Part shown: positions 38,127 through 51,180 of the stretch, one piece after another
Layout: the number at the start of each line of letters is the position of its first letter
How positions within the stretch are numbered: position 1 is the first letter of the stretch
Source of the DNA: Callorhinchus milii
Taxonomy: Eukaryota
Reading direction: 5' to 3'
DNA: 64,000 nt
Assembly: GCF_018977255.1 (NCBI RefSeq)
Contig: NW_024704743.1
Location: forward strand, 58,592,001-58,656,000
Notes under the pieces: generated by a model
Database searches by the model: none
Seen by the model: the letters and a program-made list of their open reading frames with translations, nothing else
What the model was told of the DNA's origin: nothing
Program-made: the position numbers and the translations under genes

Positions 38127-39360
38127 AAACCGCCAGCAGTACATCTGCATAAACGGCTTCTCCTCCCGCTATTCAAAAAGAGAAAGGAATTACTCCCAGT
38201 CTCCTAGCCACATCTCCAATAAAATTAATCATTCACTTCATGGCTATTTGTGTGCAAATTAGCTGCCAGGGTCGCCTACAAATACATAGTTACTCATAAA
38301 CTGCCAGCAGTACATCTGCACAAACAGCTTCTCCTCCCGCTCTCACCCGATTCCTGCGGGGTACCCCAAGGATCCATCCTTGGCCCCCTCCTCTTTCTGA
38401 TCTACATGCTCCCTCTTGGGGATGTCATCGGCAGACATGGGGTACATTTCCACATGTATGTAGATGACACCCAACTCTATTTTTCCACCTCTCTTTGCGA
38501 CCCCCAGTCCCCTGATGTTCTGTCAGAATGCCTGTCAGACCTCAGGGGCTGGATGAGCACAAACTTCCTTCAGCTGAACGTTGACAAGATGGAAGCCACA
38601 CTCTTCGGCTCTCGTCAACATCTAAATTCTCACAGTTCTCACCTCTTCCACCCACCCAACCTTCCCCTAAAACTCTCCGAACCCGTACGTAACCTAGGCA
38701 TCAGGTTCGAACCCCAATTATCCTTCTTCCCCCACATCTGGTCCCTCACCAGCACCGTTTTCTTCCACCTTCGACGCATCGCCGCAAATACCTCTCCCCA
38801 AAAGCGGCTGAAACTCTGGTCCATGCCTTTGTCACCTCTCGGCTGGACTATTCAAATGCCCTCCTCATTGGTCTCCCATTCACTACCATCCATAAAATCC
38901 AACTCATTCAGAACTCTGCCGCCCGCATTCTCACCCGCACCAAACTCTGCTTCCCTATCACCCCAGTCCTTGCCAGACTGCACTGGCTGCCTATCCCAGA
39001 GAGGATCGATTTTAAGATCCTCACCCTCGTATCTAAGTTCCTGCACTCCTCTGCACCCCCCTACCTCTCTGACCTCCTCTCTTCTCAGCACAGTACCCGT
39101 TGCCTTCGTTCCTCCGGGTCTGGCCTCCTCCTTCTCCCCCGAGTCCTCCGCTCCACCCTCAGCGGCCGTGCCTTCAGCCACTACACCCGGAGGCTGTGGA
39201 ACTGCCTTCCTCACTCCCTGCGTCTCTCTCCCTCCCTTCCCATTTTCAGGTCTCTGCTAAAGACCTTTCTTTTTGACCGCACCTTTGGTCACCTTCCCCC
39301 CTCTCCCCCGGCTCAGTACCGGAATCCTGAACTGTAAAGCGCTCTGAGATGCTGTTGTTG
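38127..39360 (+). mobile_element. L2 LINE RT/3' fragment (frameshifted)
   Basis: ORF 38250..39260: [44 protein letters not shown]; same subfamily as 60700-62835. Confidence 0.95.
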
Positions 39361-40104
39361 CTTAAGATTTTGGCATTCGATGGCAGTTCTGTTACAAACG
39401 TTCCAAGAGAATAGAAAATTTGGAATGAATGTGAACTAATGATTTGATGCAGAAATGATCCAGGTGAAAATCCTTCCTTTCCTTCGTATTTGGAAAGGAA
39501 GAGCATCACGAAAACAACAACAAAACAACAAAATTACATTTGTAAAGCACCTTTCACATCGGGAGAATGTCGATTGAAAACATTGAGGCCAAGGGAGAGA
39601 AATTCTGCATTGTTTATACTTACTCTGTTTTGTTAGCTTGTCAAAGTTAAAGAGTTTGCCAAATTATTTCATGTAGCCTTCATTTTTAAGCTGTTTTTCT
39701 GTGGATTGTTATAAGATCTCAAAATTAAGACTGAATTTAATGATTTACCAAATGGAGTAAGGTTAGATCCAGGTGTAAATTGTATCCCTTGAGCCACAAG
39801 CACAGACATCACTAATGTGGAATGCTGCCATCCTCTGATAAGTGTAACAAAAGCAGCGCTGTTAGCTCAAACAAGCTGAACCATTTGAGCCAAAATGGCT
39901 TTGTATGCGTTACTGAACTAAGGCTTTATGAAGTGCAAAAGCAAAGGTCAATTCTATACCTTTTTTAGCCAATCTAAAATTGGTGCAGAACTTTACAAAA
40001 TAAATTATTTATTGATTTTCAATCATACCTTAACAACAGTGTCCCAATTTCTTTCCCAGTTCATAGCCAACAAAGGAAAACACGAGTGAGGATTTGTTAT
40101 AACA

Positions 40105-40320
40105 AGATGAGAACAGGTATCACCATTCAGCCTATCAAGCCTATTCCACTATTTGTTTATATTATGGCTGATCTGCCACTTAACACCATATCTCTGCCTG
40201 TTCACCATAACCCTTGATACCCCTCTCTATCAAATATTCATCCATCTCTCTCTCAAATGTTTCAATTGAACCAGCATCTAGAACCATTTGGGTAGGGGTT
40301 TCTATATTTCCACAACCCTT
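40105..40320 (-). mobile_element. Old CR1 3' end
   Basis: ccattcagcc...atggctgatct...ccataacccttgataccc is the reverse complement of a CR1 3' UTR like that at 5930-6030. Confidence 0.7.
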
Positions 40321-41619
40321 TCATAACTGAGCACAATTGTAGCTGAGCCCTGATAAGGCTTCTGTTAAAGTAAACCATCATTTCTTTGCCTTGCATTGCC
40401 TAATTATTTATTGCTGTATTTTTAAAAAATATTCACACGATCACTGGAGAGGTTCAAGATGAAGAAGGCCCTTCAGCCCATTTGATCTCATCCTTAGTTA
40501 TTAATCACCAGGCCACTTTTAAAACATGTCTCTCCTTCCCTCTGGTATGGTTAATTAATTGTGCCATTAGTATAACTTTATTAGGGTATGCTTCCAATGC
40601 TCAATGTACTAAATAGGAAATTAAATGTAGAACGTACAAAGGAGCGTGGCAATGCACAAAACCAAAAAAGAACATTCCATCTGACCAGTCATTTTTCTCT
40701 CTAATTCTCATGCTTCCCATCGTCATTATAAATGTATTTAATTCCTTCTGGAAATTGTTAACACTATCCACCTTCACTTCTGTGTTAAACAATCTGCTTT
40801 GCATATTTACAATTCACAGAATAAAGTAAAAAGTTTCAGTTCAACTCCCCCTCTGAGCTGGAGATCATTAATCCTTGCTGTTAACTTCTTAACAGTAACA
40901 AACATACTGCCAGTCAATGTTTAGCTATTGTTTGAGCTGTGATAGAATAAGAATTAAGCATATGATTTGATATCCTCAGCTTTATCCTCCAATTTTACAA
41001 TTCTCTCAACGGTATTTGGATTGGGAGCCTTTTTTGTGTGCAGTAAGGGCAACCATGTATTGGTCGTGATGGACTTCCAGCCAATAAATTTAACTCAGAG
41101 CCCTGAGTAATATTCAAACCTGTTTCATTCACTGGAATTTGTCTTTCTATAACTCTGCTGCTGGGTAGATCACTATGAAGCATCAACATGCTCTATCATG
41201 GAAGTTTGGAAAAACGTGGAATGGAGCACTTCCATTCTATCAATCATAGCAATGCTATACATACTGAGGTGAGATACCTGGTTCAGAACTGCTCAATTCT
41301 CATGGTGGAGCCAGAAGTACATTACAACAAATGGACAGTCCACAAAGTGAACAGTCAGTGGATGTGCATGTGATCCCCAGGCATGAGAAGAATGAAACTG
41401 GAAGCTCTTCTGATGGAAAAACCTCTTGTGAGTCTTGGGATGGCCAAACCTATGTCCAGTTCAGCAACAGTGGACCCTGCATTACAAGTCCAAGTGCTGC
41501 TGAAAGTGCTGACATTGTCATATATTGCATTAGGCTGCAAGGAGAGAAATTGAGTGAGCTCAGATTCCTACAGACCCAGAATGCATTTATTGTGTAGACG
41601 GTCAGTGGTGAAGGCATGG

Positions 41620-41900
41620 TTCCTTTAATGAACAATTAATCAGATTACACCACCTCCTTCAGCCTACTTAAACAGAGATTCAGACAGCTGGAAAATGAAG
41701 GGGGGAAGATAATCAGAATAAAGCTCTGTACAGATAAGTCTTTCTTTCTTTTAAAAATGAACATCTTTATTGGCCGCTGCAGATTCACAGCATTCTATCA
41801 CCCCTTGTCGGCTCTGGGAAGATAATCAATGGAGTAATTATTCCTCTTTGATCTGGTAATAGTATCAGTGTGGTCTAAGAAGGCCTGAGTACTTGATAAG
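41620..41900. promoter_or_regulatory. Candidate conserved non-coding enhancer
   Basis: AGATAA x3 (41707, 41732, 41820), TCF/LEF ctttgatc (41846), aacaattaatcagatta and cagctg; inference. Confidence 0.42.
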
Positions 41901-44199
41901 TTGCCTGTGGACTCCTTGGGAGTTGTTTGAATTAAATACCACCTACTTCAGAAGAAAATCAATACAGCTGTTAAAATGGTTTTGTAGGGACCTTTGAAGT
42001 GATCGAATATTACCCCGCGTATGAGACCAATAGCTGCCTTTTTGGCAGACATTTAGCAGCTAAGTACTGTTATTAAAATTTCATAGTTTGTATTCCAACT
42101 GAAAGCCAGCGTGTTCATCAGATGCATTGATCATATTATTGCTCCTGACAGTGTCTTTGAAACTGACCGTACACAGATTCATTAGAATTTATAGTTTTGG
42201 ATGTATTATTTACTTGGGAGTTACAAAGTAATTCATAGATGATTTCTCACATAATAACGTAATTGGATTTGATTGAAAGTTTTAATAAAAGTTGAAAGAT
42301 ATGATATACATATTACATAATATTGATTTGGATATCTCGTACCTATCTTAATGTGCTCTCCAGAATTATTGCTATTTATTAGCAGAGAACTTTGCTGCTC
42401 TTATACATAAAATTAACCTTACTCAGCAAATCAGGATATGTCCTTGATAACAAAAAGTTTGATATTATTCAAAAAGTGGTATTTTCATTGTACATCAGTA
42501 TGTTCCCTTATCAGTAAACTGTTTGAGACGCAGAGTATTGAATAAACATAAGGCTCTTAGAAACACGATTCACCACTAACACTGAAGTTTTTATCCCCAT
42601 ACTTCAGGAAGGTATATATAAAAAAAACAGCAAATTCCAATTGTACTTCAGAATTTTACAAAATTGTTTACTTCAACAAATGGTGTGCATTGTTGCTTTG
42701 TGGCTTGTCAGGTTCACTGTGTAAATGACATTGCAAATGATGAATTTACTGCAGTGGGAGCCTAAATGAATGGGTTCTGTGCAGGAGTGATAGGACTAAG
42801 GGAGGAGCAACATCTGGACTGTGGTGGACTGGGAAATCTTGTGCCAAAGGGTGAATGTAACGGATGTGAAGTGGGCAACATCCCAAATCAAAATTAATAT
42901 TAGAAACGACTCCCTCAAGTGCCAGCTTTCTATAAATAAAGCACATGTTTATACAAATCAATTTGGATATATCTGCTTCCTACAGATTTTATGTAATTAA
43001 GCAGTTTATTATCCCCCAAAGTGGTGTTGTGGATTTTAAATTATTATGATTATTAATACTGATACCAGTATTAGTATCATTACCTTTTATTATTGGGAAC
43101 ACGGAGGAAGGTTCAAAACCTGCAGTGCAATCATTTACCAAACAAAATGACGAGTTAAATCATGAAGTATGCTTAATATTTTTTAATGAATGTTTCTTCG
43201 CACCCTGTTGGGAGAATTAACTCTGCATCAGCAAGTATCAGCAAATAGATCTGTGTCAGTGATGGCACAGCCATATTTAAAGTAAAGCTTTCCATTCTTC
43301 CCCAACAGAAGCATCTAAAAAAGCACTTTAGTGAAAAAAGCTGTCATGGTGTAAACAGTGTTTGCCCATACAATCCATGCACTGCATGCAGAGCCCTGAC
43401 TCTTCAGCAAAACCCATATCCTCATTGTATTCAACGTCTTGTAAGATTGTGTCCCATACTGGGGTTTACCTGGAGTAACTGCCGCCTTTGTTGCAGGCAA
43501 TTTTTCCAAGATCCACGCAAGTGGTGCTGCCACTATAGCAGCCCCTGACTGCACCGCGAATCTTATCGCTTCACTCTGATTACTGGGTTTATACCATCAG
43601 GATTAAAGCCCCTTTACTCCTGGCAGCAAAGCCATGTGCAATGGGGAGCCAGATTTATGCTGCTCATTGCTTTCAAGCAGGCTGGAAAGAAATAACCCTG
43701 ATTTGGCATTCTGCACTTGCTCACCACAGCGGGTGTACAGAGCCCTAATTCTTTAATAAAATAACAAATAGCCTTTGCATTTGATATAGTACCTTATCGT
43801 GTCATTGAGATATCTCAAAGTGCTTCACAGAATATACTGTAAGGTTGATTGACTATATTTTGTGGATAAAATGACATTAAAATTGTTCTATTCAAAGTTC
43901 CCAAACTGTCAATTGGATAGTCTGATTTGAAATCTACATCGTAATAATAGTTGATACAAAACTGCATGCTACACTAAACTAATATATATTATTCTGCAGT
44001 GTCCAAAAATACTACAAATGTTGCTATCTTTCACCAGTTACTTAATATTTCCATGATCTCTAATCGTGACATAAACACTGTGATGTAGTGCGAAACTTGT
44101 CATTTTGAGGATCCCTTGAGATTACTTTATGTTCATGCCAAAAGCTTTGCAATAGTTTCATGCAAATAACAGAAAATGCAAAATGGAGGCATTTTACAA

Positions 44200-44460
44200 A
44201 TTGATGTCTTCAAGTAAATACAGTCAAATCTATTCACATACAAATCCATTGTTTGTTAATGGAAACATCCATTGTTTTCAACACTTCTCAGACATCAATT
44301 GATTGCCAATGTATTTAAACTAGTTCAGATGAGTTCTGCTTAATGGAGATTATCTGACCAATGGAGCCATTTAATCTTCCCCCAGGGCATGCCAGTTAAT
44401 AAACACACATGCATCTCTGGCAAAGTCCTGATTTAAACACATCTTTACTGTAATATGTAG
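44200..44460. promoter_or_regulatory. Candidate conserved non-coding element
   Basis: Repeat-free; cattgtt x2 (SOX), atcaattgattg, ttaatgg x2 and ttaatc motifs; inference. Confidence 0.35.
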
Positions 44461-44749
44461 CACCATAAGCTATCATAAGTGACATGGCTATTTCAAGGAA
44501 ATATAGCCAATTATTTTGGTATTAACTGTGCAGTGCAATAATCTCACCAGTGCAGTGAACTTCAGTGCAGTTAGACTTTTAAATTTGACATAGTCACAAC
44601 ACTATATTCAAGGACTGACCTGCATTCTATTCAGAAGCCATAGTATTTCTTACTTTTATCTTCCATATCTCTTGTGATAAATCTGAGTATCCCATTAACC
44701 TTTTTGGTTGCTTTCTGCACCTAATGACCAGTATTTGATGATGTAGAAA

Positions 44750-44955
44750 ACTGGACCACAAAATCCTTGTGTTACTCACTTTTAAGACCACCTCAAGATA
44801 CACCTCTTTGTCCATGCATTCGGTCATCTTTCCCCTCCTCTCCCTCTTTGGCTCCCACCCACCCCCTTCTCCCAGCTCAAGTGCCCAGCCAGCAGTGTCA
44901 AGCAGTTTGAGACGTCCTCCCAATGTGAAAGGTGCTAGATGAATGTAAATTGTAT
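44750..44955 (+). mobile_element. L2 3' end
   Basis: tttaagaccacctcaaga...ttgagacgtcctcccaatgtgaaaggtgcta. Confidence 0.8.
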
Positions 44956-45804
44956 AGTATAATTGGGCCCACCTACATCTTATAGCTGGGGATCATCAAC
45001 AAACTTGGATATACTTCCTATATTTAAAAATCCAGGTCATTTTAATATATTTGCATCCTGATTCCTGGGGGATACCACCTATCACTGCCCACTAATCAGA
45101 GAGTAGGACAAGCAGATACTAAAGAATTTTATACCACAAGACCTTGGTTTCTCTAAATACTTGTAATACTGACTAAATACAGTAATTCTAATAGTTCAAA
45201 TGACAAAGATGTCTTTAGATTAAAGTGAATTTCTCCAGGTCAAGTATCTGCCTTTAAAGTACCCTCCTTTATTAATACTGTAGATTCTGTCAGTTTGATG
45301 TCTGAGAAATGTTGGAAACAATGGATGTCGCCCAGACTTGAATAGGCAATCTATAGTGCAGGAAAGGAGGGGATCACTGCATTGTTGGAAGTGATGTCAT
45401 TTAAATGAGATGTTAAAATGAGATCCTGTCCACCTGCTCTTCAAGTGGATGTTATAGATCCTATCTCAAAGAAAGAAAACAGTTTCTCTTGATTTACTGG
45501 CCTACATTCCCTAGGATTAATTGTTTATTCAACTCACAGATGGTTATGGAACCTTCTTAGGGCATATGATTGCATCCATGTGAGAAGAAACTATAAGAAT
45601 GGATTTACTTTCTTCATATCTTCCTCTTTTTCTTACACTTTCTCCATTCACCTTCTATCTTCCTCTCTCTTTCACTCTCTCGCTCTCTCTCTCATTTTTC
45701 TCTTTCTCTCATTATTTCTTTTATGGTTTGGATGGACGTGGACTTTGACTCTCTGGCTGCCGAGGCGAATGGTTATTAAAAACCTCAGTCCTTGAGATTG
45801 TAAA

Positions 45805-45995
45805 AATAATAATCCTCGCATTTAGTGTAGTGGCTCATCACATTATCAAAACATCTCAAAGAACTTCACAGGATTTACTGTGAAGTGTAGTGATTGTGTA
45901 TTTGTAATAGCCAATTTGTGCACAGCAACGCCCCACAAAAATAATGAAGTTAGTGACCATTTTTTTCTGGGGAACTGTTGACCAGGATACTGGGA
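45805..45995 (-). mobile_element. SINE 3' half
   Basis: aataataatcctcgcatt...agccaatttgtgcacagcaa. Confidence 0.8.
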
Positions 45996-46049
45996 TTCAA
46001 AGTTTATGCAAGGTTGAAAAGTCATATTAAGACATGTTTAACTGGTAAT

Positions 46050-46690
46050 GCTTGAGCTGTAATCAGTAAGGCCATGTGGTGGAATACTGTATAAGCTGTC
46101 TGTTGGTGTAGCAGAATGTAATTCATAACCTATTAATATATAGCAAGCAAAGGAGACACCCAAAGGCTGGAGGCAGATAAAATGTTCAGAAGAATCCTAT
46201 GTGAATGAGAGGTCCCTTCTGACACCTCAAGATCTAAAGACGGCTAAAAAGGATTTGATCTGTATTGTTATTGTAAACCTAGGATTTGTCTTTAATCGCA
46301 TTAGAGCCTTTAGTTATGAAAGCAGTGACCAAATATCTCACTATCAGCACATACTGCAGCATTAAAGAGCGGAAGTTGCTACTCTCATCCCATCCTCTGC
46401 ATCCCCCTCAGGGTAAATTTTTAACACCCCAAGGAAGTAAATACCCAGTTTACAGAGTGTTACAGAAGATTATATACTTCAAAGTCCTCTCCCTTGAACA
46501 GCGATTTAGAAGCCTTTTCAAGACATGAACCTCTCGTCACTCTCTGATGATCAAAGGGATTTGTTGGAGAGAGATTAGGAAAGCATTGGATGTTATCTAT
46601 TCAGTTCCTGCCAGAAAATCCCTTGGCCCAGTTGGGTTTACAAGTATTTTTTATAAAAAGTTCAGGAGGCTGCTCTTGTCACAAATTCCG
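46050..46690 (+). mobile_element. Decayed L1-clade ORF2 relic (region just upstream of RT)
   Basis: ~46610-46680 translates ARKSLGPVGFTSIFYKKFRRLLL (L1 KSPGPDGFxxEFYKxF motif), preceded by MNLSSLSDDQRDLLE. Confidence 0.7.
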
Positions 46691-47012
46691 AGGAGGGAAG
46701 TGAGACACTAGAAAGTGTCTCACAAGAAGAAACCATTGCTTATAGGGTTAGTAATTATCACAACTGTATATCTGTGTGCAAAGATCAAACAGCAAAACCT
46801 CTTTCCAAAGAGTATAATTTGAAATGTATTGTATTAACATACAGACCGAATATATACAGACTAAGGAAAGACAATGAAGCCTAATTCGAGATATTCACAG
46901 ACTGGTTAATTTGTTACACTAACTGAAACTTGTAGTTTGCAAACTATAAATTGTAAGACACAATAAACCTAGTTTGCAATTTTTATAAATCAGATGCCAC
47001 CATTTTCCCTAT

Positions 47013-47315
47013 GGAGTCCTGTAGCTCAGTGGTTAAAGCATTCGCTTTGCAAGCGAGAGACCTGGGTTTGATTCCTGGCAAGGTGAAACCTTGGGCAAGT
47101 TTCCTTACTCCACACGCCTAATATTAATCCTTNAAAAAAAATTGGCCACTTCAATTCACGACTGTTTGTGGGACACTGCTGTGCACAATTGGCTGCCGCG
47201 TTTCGCCCACAAATATACAGTCAATTCACTTTACAGTATATTCTGTGAAGCGCTTTGCGACATCTAGAAGACATGAAAAGAGCTATATCAAATGCAAGGA
47301 TTATTATTATTATTA
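47013..47315 (+). mobile_element. SINE family 1, short-body subfamily, full length
   Basis: ggagtcctgtagctcagtggtt head with B box, body deleted after ctccacacg, core, (tta)n. Confidence 0.93.
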
Positions 47316-47384
47316 ACTTTTATTTACGTAAAAAATATAAAAATCACCAAGGTTATTCCTGCAATACACTAAAGATGAACGTAA

Positions 47385-47660
47385 ACAATTATTTTTACTT
47401 ATTTAGCACTGTTCACACAGGGAAAATGTTTTAAAGAGCTTTACAAAGCAAGAATGAGACTCCAAGCTGAAAGGAAGCTCGAAGAAGGGGGAAGTGGTCA
47501 CCAAAAATGCAGACCAAAGAGATACACCTTTAGATGGATTGTATGAGACCAAGGGATTTCAGAAGATAATTCCTGAAACCGGGGCCAAAGTAGCTGAAAG
47601 CTCATCTTCTGATGGTGGGCCACAGCAGACTGTTGGGTATCAAGCAGGCAAGAGTTGTTG
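47385..47660 (-). mobile_element. Old L2 3' fragment
   Basis: Purine-rich antisense pattern gtggtcaccaaaaatgca...gctgaaagctc...gatggtggg, as in other minus-strand L2 copies. Confidence 0.65.
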
Positions 47661-49164
47661 GAATGGAGGAAATTAATGTTTTTTGCACGTAATTTTACCC
47701 CTTCCAAACAGCTCAATTCTTTTATCCTTTTCAAACGTAAAAATAATCTTTGCATTTGTTATAGCGCCTTTCACATCAGACGATTTTCTCAAAACACTTC
47801 ACAGAATCTTACTGTAACCTGGAATGACTGGGTTTTGTAGGAGATTGTGGTATCTAATTTGCACACATTAATGTTTCACAAACAGTCATGTAGTGAATTT
47901 TATCTGGGAATTGTTGGCCATTTGTTGGCCAATTGTTGATGCCAGGAGAAACTTATCGAACAACGCAGAAGGATCTTTAATATCTTGGGGCATCCTCCCG
48001 ATGTGAAAGGTGCTATAAAAATGCAATTTGTTATTATTGTTGTTATTATTGTCCCCCACTTCCTATGTAAATGTTGGTATACAATTGCAAATAATTGTTG
48101 TTGGGAGGAGGATGTTGATTTCTTATATTTATATCTCTTTTAGCATATGTTGACTTTAGGTTTAAACTCCTTAAGACCAAGGAAGAATGGTTCCGTTTTC
48201 CTTTCCTTTGCACAGCTTCTGACTTTGAACCAGAGCTACACAGAGTTCACCTCCCTGTTAAAAGTAGACTTACTGCTATTGCCAATAGCTGCACTCTTGC
48301 AATGCAATACGACAATCAAAAAATATATCTCAGATTAAGTGTGCAAAATGTGCTTACCCTCAAACTAGCTCTCATCATTACAGTAAAATAGGACATCAGT
48401 CACTTCAAAGGGGCTTTCACTGTATTTTGATGGAATTGTATTTGCATTTTAAGAGTACCTCATTGAACTCGGTAGGTAGATTACACACATGACATACAAT
48501 AGAATAATTAGCTCAATAGAATAATTCCACAAAGACTGGCTATGTATTCAATGCTTATTTCATTGCAACCTTTTGTATTCAGGTTCTAATTATCAGCCTT
48601 CCCTATTATGCACCATCATTGGGTAGGTGAGAAAAGTGGGAAAATGGAAGTGCAGTAAGTTCAGATCAGGATGACCAGGAAATTTTTAATAGACGTTGGA
48701 TCACAATCTGAGCAGGATTAGGTCTGTATTTTGAGTATTTGCATATTCACTGATTGATCACTAAAACTAGTCCAGGAGTCGAGTATCTCTGAGCATTAAG
48801 CGGCCAGAGCAAGTTGTTGCATTGGCTTTGTGGAATCAGCCAATGGGCAGACATGGTCATCATGAGCTGGACCACACTCAGTAGTAAGTCATGTTCAACC
48901 CTCAGCTCTCCTTTATATCAAATCCCTGATATAAAATAAAATAAAATTATATTAAATCCCTGATAGTCCACTTTCCTCCAGCTCTGCAATATATCCCCAC
49001 TCTGACTTTGTGAAACACAGGCCAACCTCCCCTACTGCCTATGTAAATAGTGCTGTATAATTGCAAATAATTGCTTTTGGGGACAGGATGTTGATCTCTT
49101 TCACTCTCCTGCTTGGCCACCTTGTTTGAGGGAACGTTTGAGGGAAGTCAACAATTGGCCACAA

Positions 49165-49358
49165 ACCCCCAAAATAAAAAGGATATTGATTATTCACCCC
49201 ATGGCTATTTGTGGGTCATTGCTATGCACAAATTATCTGTCTCAGTTGCCCACACAATACACACATTCACATCACTTTACAGTATATCCTATGAAGCACT
49301 TTGAGATGTTCTGATGATGTGATAAGGTGTTGTATCAAATGCAAGGATTATTATTATA
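49165..49358 (+). mobile_element. SINE 3' half
   Basis: atggctatttgtggg...gcactttgagatg...aatgcaagga(tta)n. Confidence 0.83.
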
Positions 49359-50639
49359 AGTCCATGGGCCACCAAATGTCCGAGATAGTTCCTAAGTTTT
49401 ATAGTCTTCTATTATTTCCCCAGGGGCTAGATTTTGCATGATTCTTCAAGGCATCCTGGAGATAATTATGGCTGGTCTGTCATCAGTATTGCAGTGGAGA
49501 ATTGAGGACCCACGTGGCTCAGGAACCGGATGACTGAAACTGCACCAGAATATTGAATTCTAAATTCCATTGCCAAACATGTCACCTTTGAGCCAGCGCA
49601 GCTCCAAAGAGACCCCTTACTTACCTCCCACTTTCTAAGTAAGGACCACAATAACCATAATAAAGAAAACTCTTGGTGATGTTCCATTCATTATAATAAT
49701 AATAATAATAATAATCCTTGCATTTGATATAGCGCTTTTCACGTCAGGAGGACGTCCCAAAGCGCTTCACAGAACACACTGTAAATAGGCTCCAAACAGT
49801 ATCTTCTACACAAAGTTGCATGCAATTATATTTAAAATAACAATATACAAGTTTGTGTAACCAATATAAAAAAACAATAAGTCTTCCTAATTCCTTGATC
49901 TCTTTTATATTAAAACAATAGCAATATTCCACTCCTGGACTAAAGTGGCCAGAGTAAGTTGTTGCATTGGCTTTGTGGAATCAGCTATTAGGCAGACAGA
50001 GTGTCATCACAAGCCTTGTCATGTTCATCATATAATTGAGTCTAAATTCAAAAGTTCATTAAGTATTGAATACAAATTACCTGGATGTTTGGTGGGGGGG
50101 GGAGTGGTGCATATTGCCTACTCCCTGACACCGCTCTTAATGCTGACATCCTGAAGCCAGGTTACCAATGACTTTGACTTTCCATCACCAGTGAGCAGAA
50201 TCACAACTTTATTCCAAAGTTAGCAAGCTAGAATCCAATAATAAAAAGATAACAATCTTTGCATTTAATTTAGCACCTTTCAGAAGAAGTCTCAAAGGAC
50301 TTCACATGATTCAGGATATACTATAAACAAAGACCTACTAATGTCACTAGGATTTTAAGACTGGCTACTTTATTTTACTGTCCAAATTCCATCATTAATT
50401 CCATGAACTTTATGGTGGAATTTTGTGCCCGCAGTATGTCCCACCTTCAACCAGTATAAATAGTATAATTAATAACTTAATGAAACTGAACTGGCACACA
50501 AAAGCACCAGCATTAACTCTTTTGGTGCCTGTCTACTGGAATTTTAACCATACAATTTACACAAATAGAAGCAATGTTTATGTGATATTTAATATTTAAT
50601 ACCTAAGATGTAGATTGATTTGTAAAGTTGTTATTTTTG

Positions 50640-51180
50640 TACTTGATTACTGTTGTCACATTAATTAGGGTCCTCACACTTTTTGCATCTACGTAATTGT
50701 TTTGCTTTCCTGAGATCTGCACTGAATCAAGCAAACCAAATGGTGATATTGCCTCGTAGAGTTTGCAATCGTTCCCCCCTCCACCCCATGTGACCTTATC
50801 ATCGGCATGTCTTGCCAAGTAGCTAATCAAGAGAGGTCTTACACAAATGCAAAACATGTTATTAGAAAGGGTGAATCACATTTTATGCAAAACAAAGTCT
50901 GAAATTACAACAAAAGGACTCTATATGGAAATGTTAAAACATCCAGTAATTTCAGGACGAAGATTAATCAGGCCACTGAGCTGATTCCCCAGAGATAGAT
51001 GAGTGCTAAACAGATAATAATCAGTTTGTTCTTTCCTGATTACTATCTTATCATGCCCCAAACATTCCAGTCTCAATGTAATTGTGAATATATTTGCATT
51101 TCTTTTTTTAATCTTGTGACTTTTTTCATATTGGAAGCCTCTAATGAGGTAACTGCAAAGGACCTTCAAACACTGTTATT
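50640..51180. promoter_or_regulatory. Candidate conserved non-coding enhancer
   Basis: ~550 bp repeat-free; ttaattag, tcacact (T-box-like), tgacctt (nuclear receptor half-site), ttgccaag (NFI half-site), gattaatc, atttgcat; inference. Confidence 0.42.

Noticed and set aside
38250..39260. 336-aa ORF, the longest in the window
   Set aside because: Chimera of SINE sequence, L2 RT (YVDD) and an out-of-frame L2 tail; not a host gene and not an intact RT
47133..47133. Single ambiguous base n
   Set aside because: Base-calling uncertainty beside a homopolymer in a SINE; not biological
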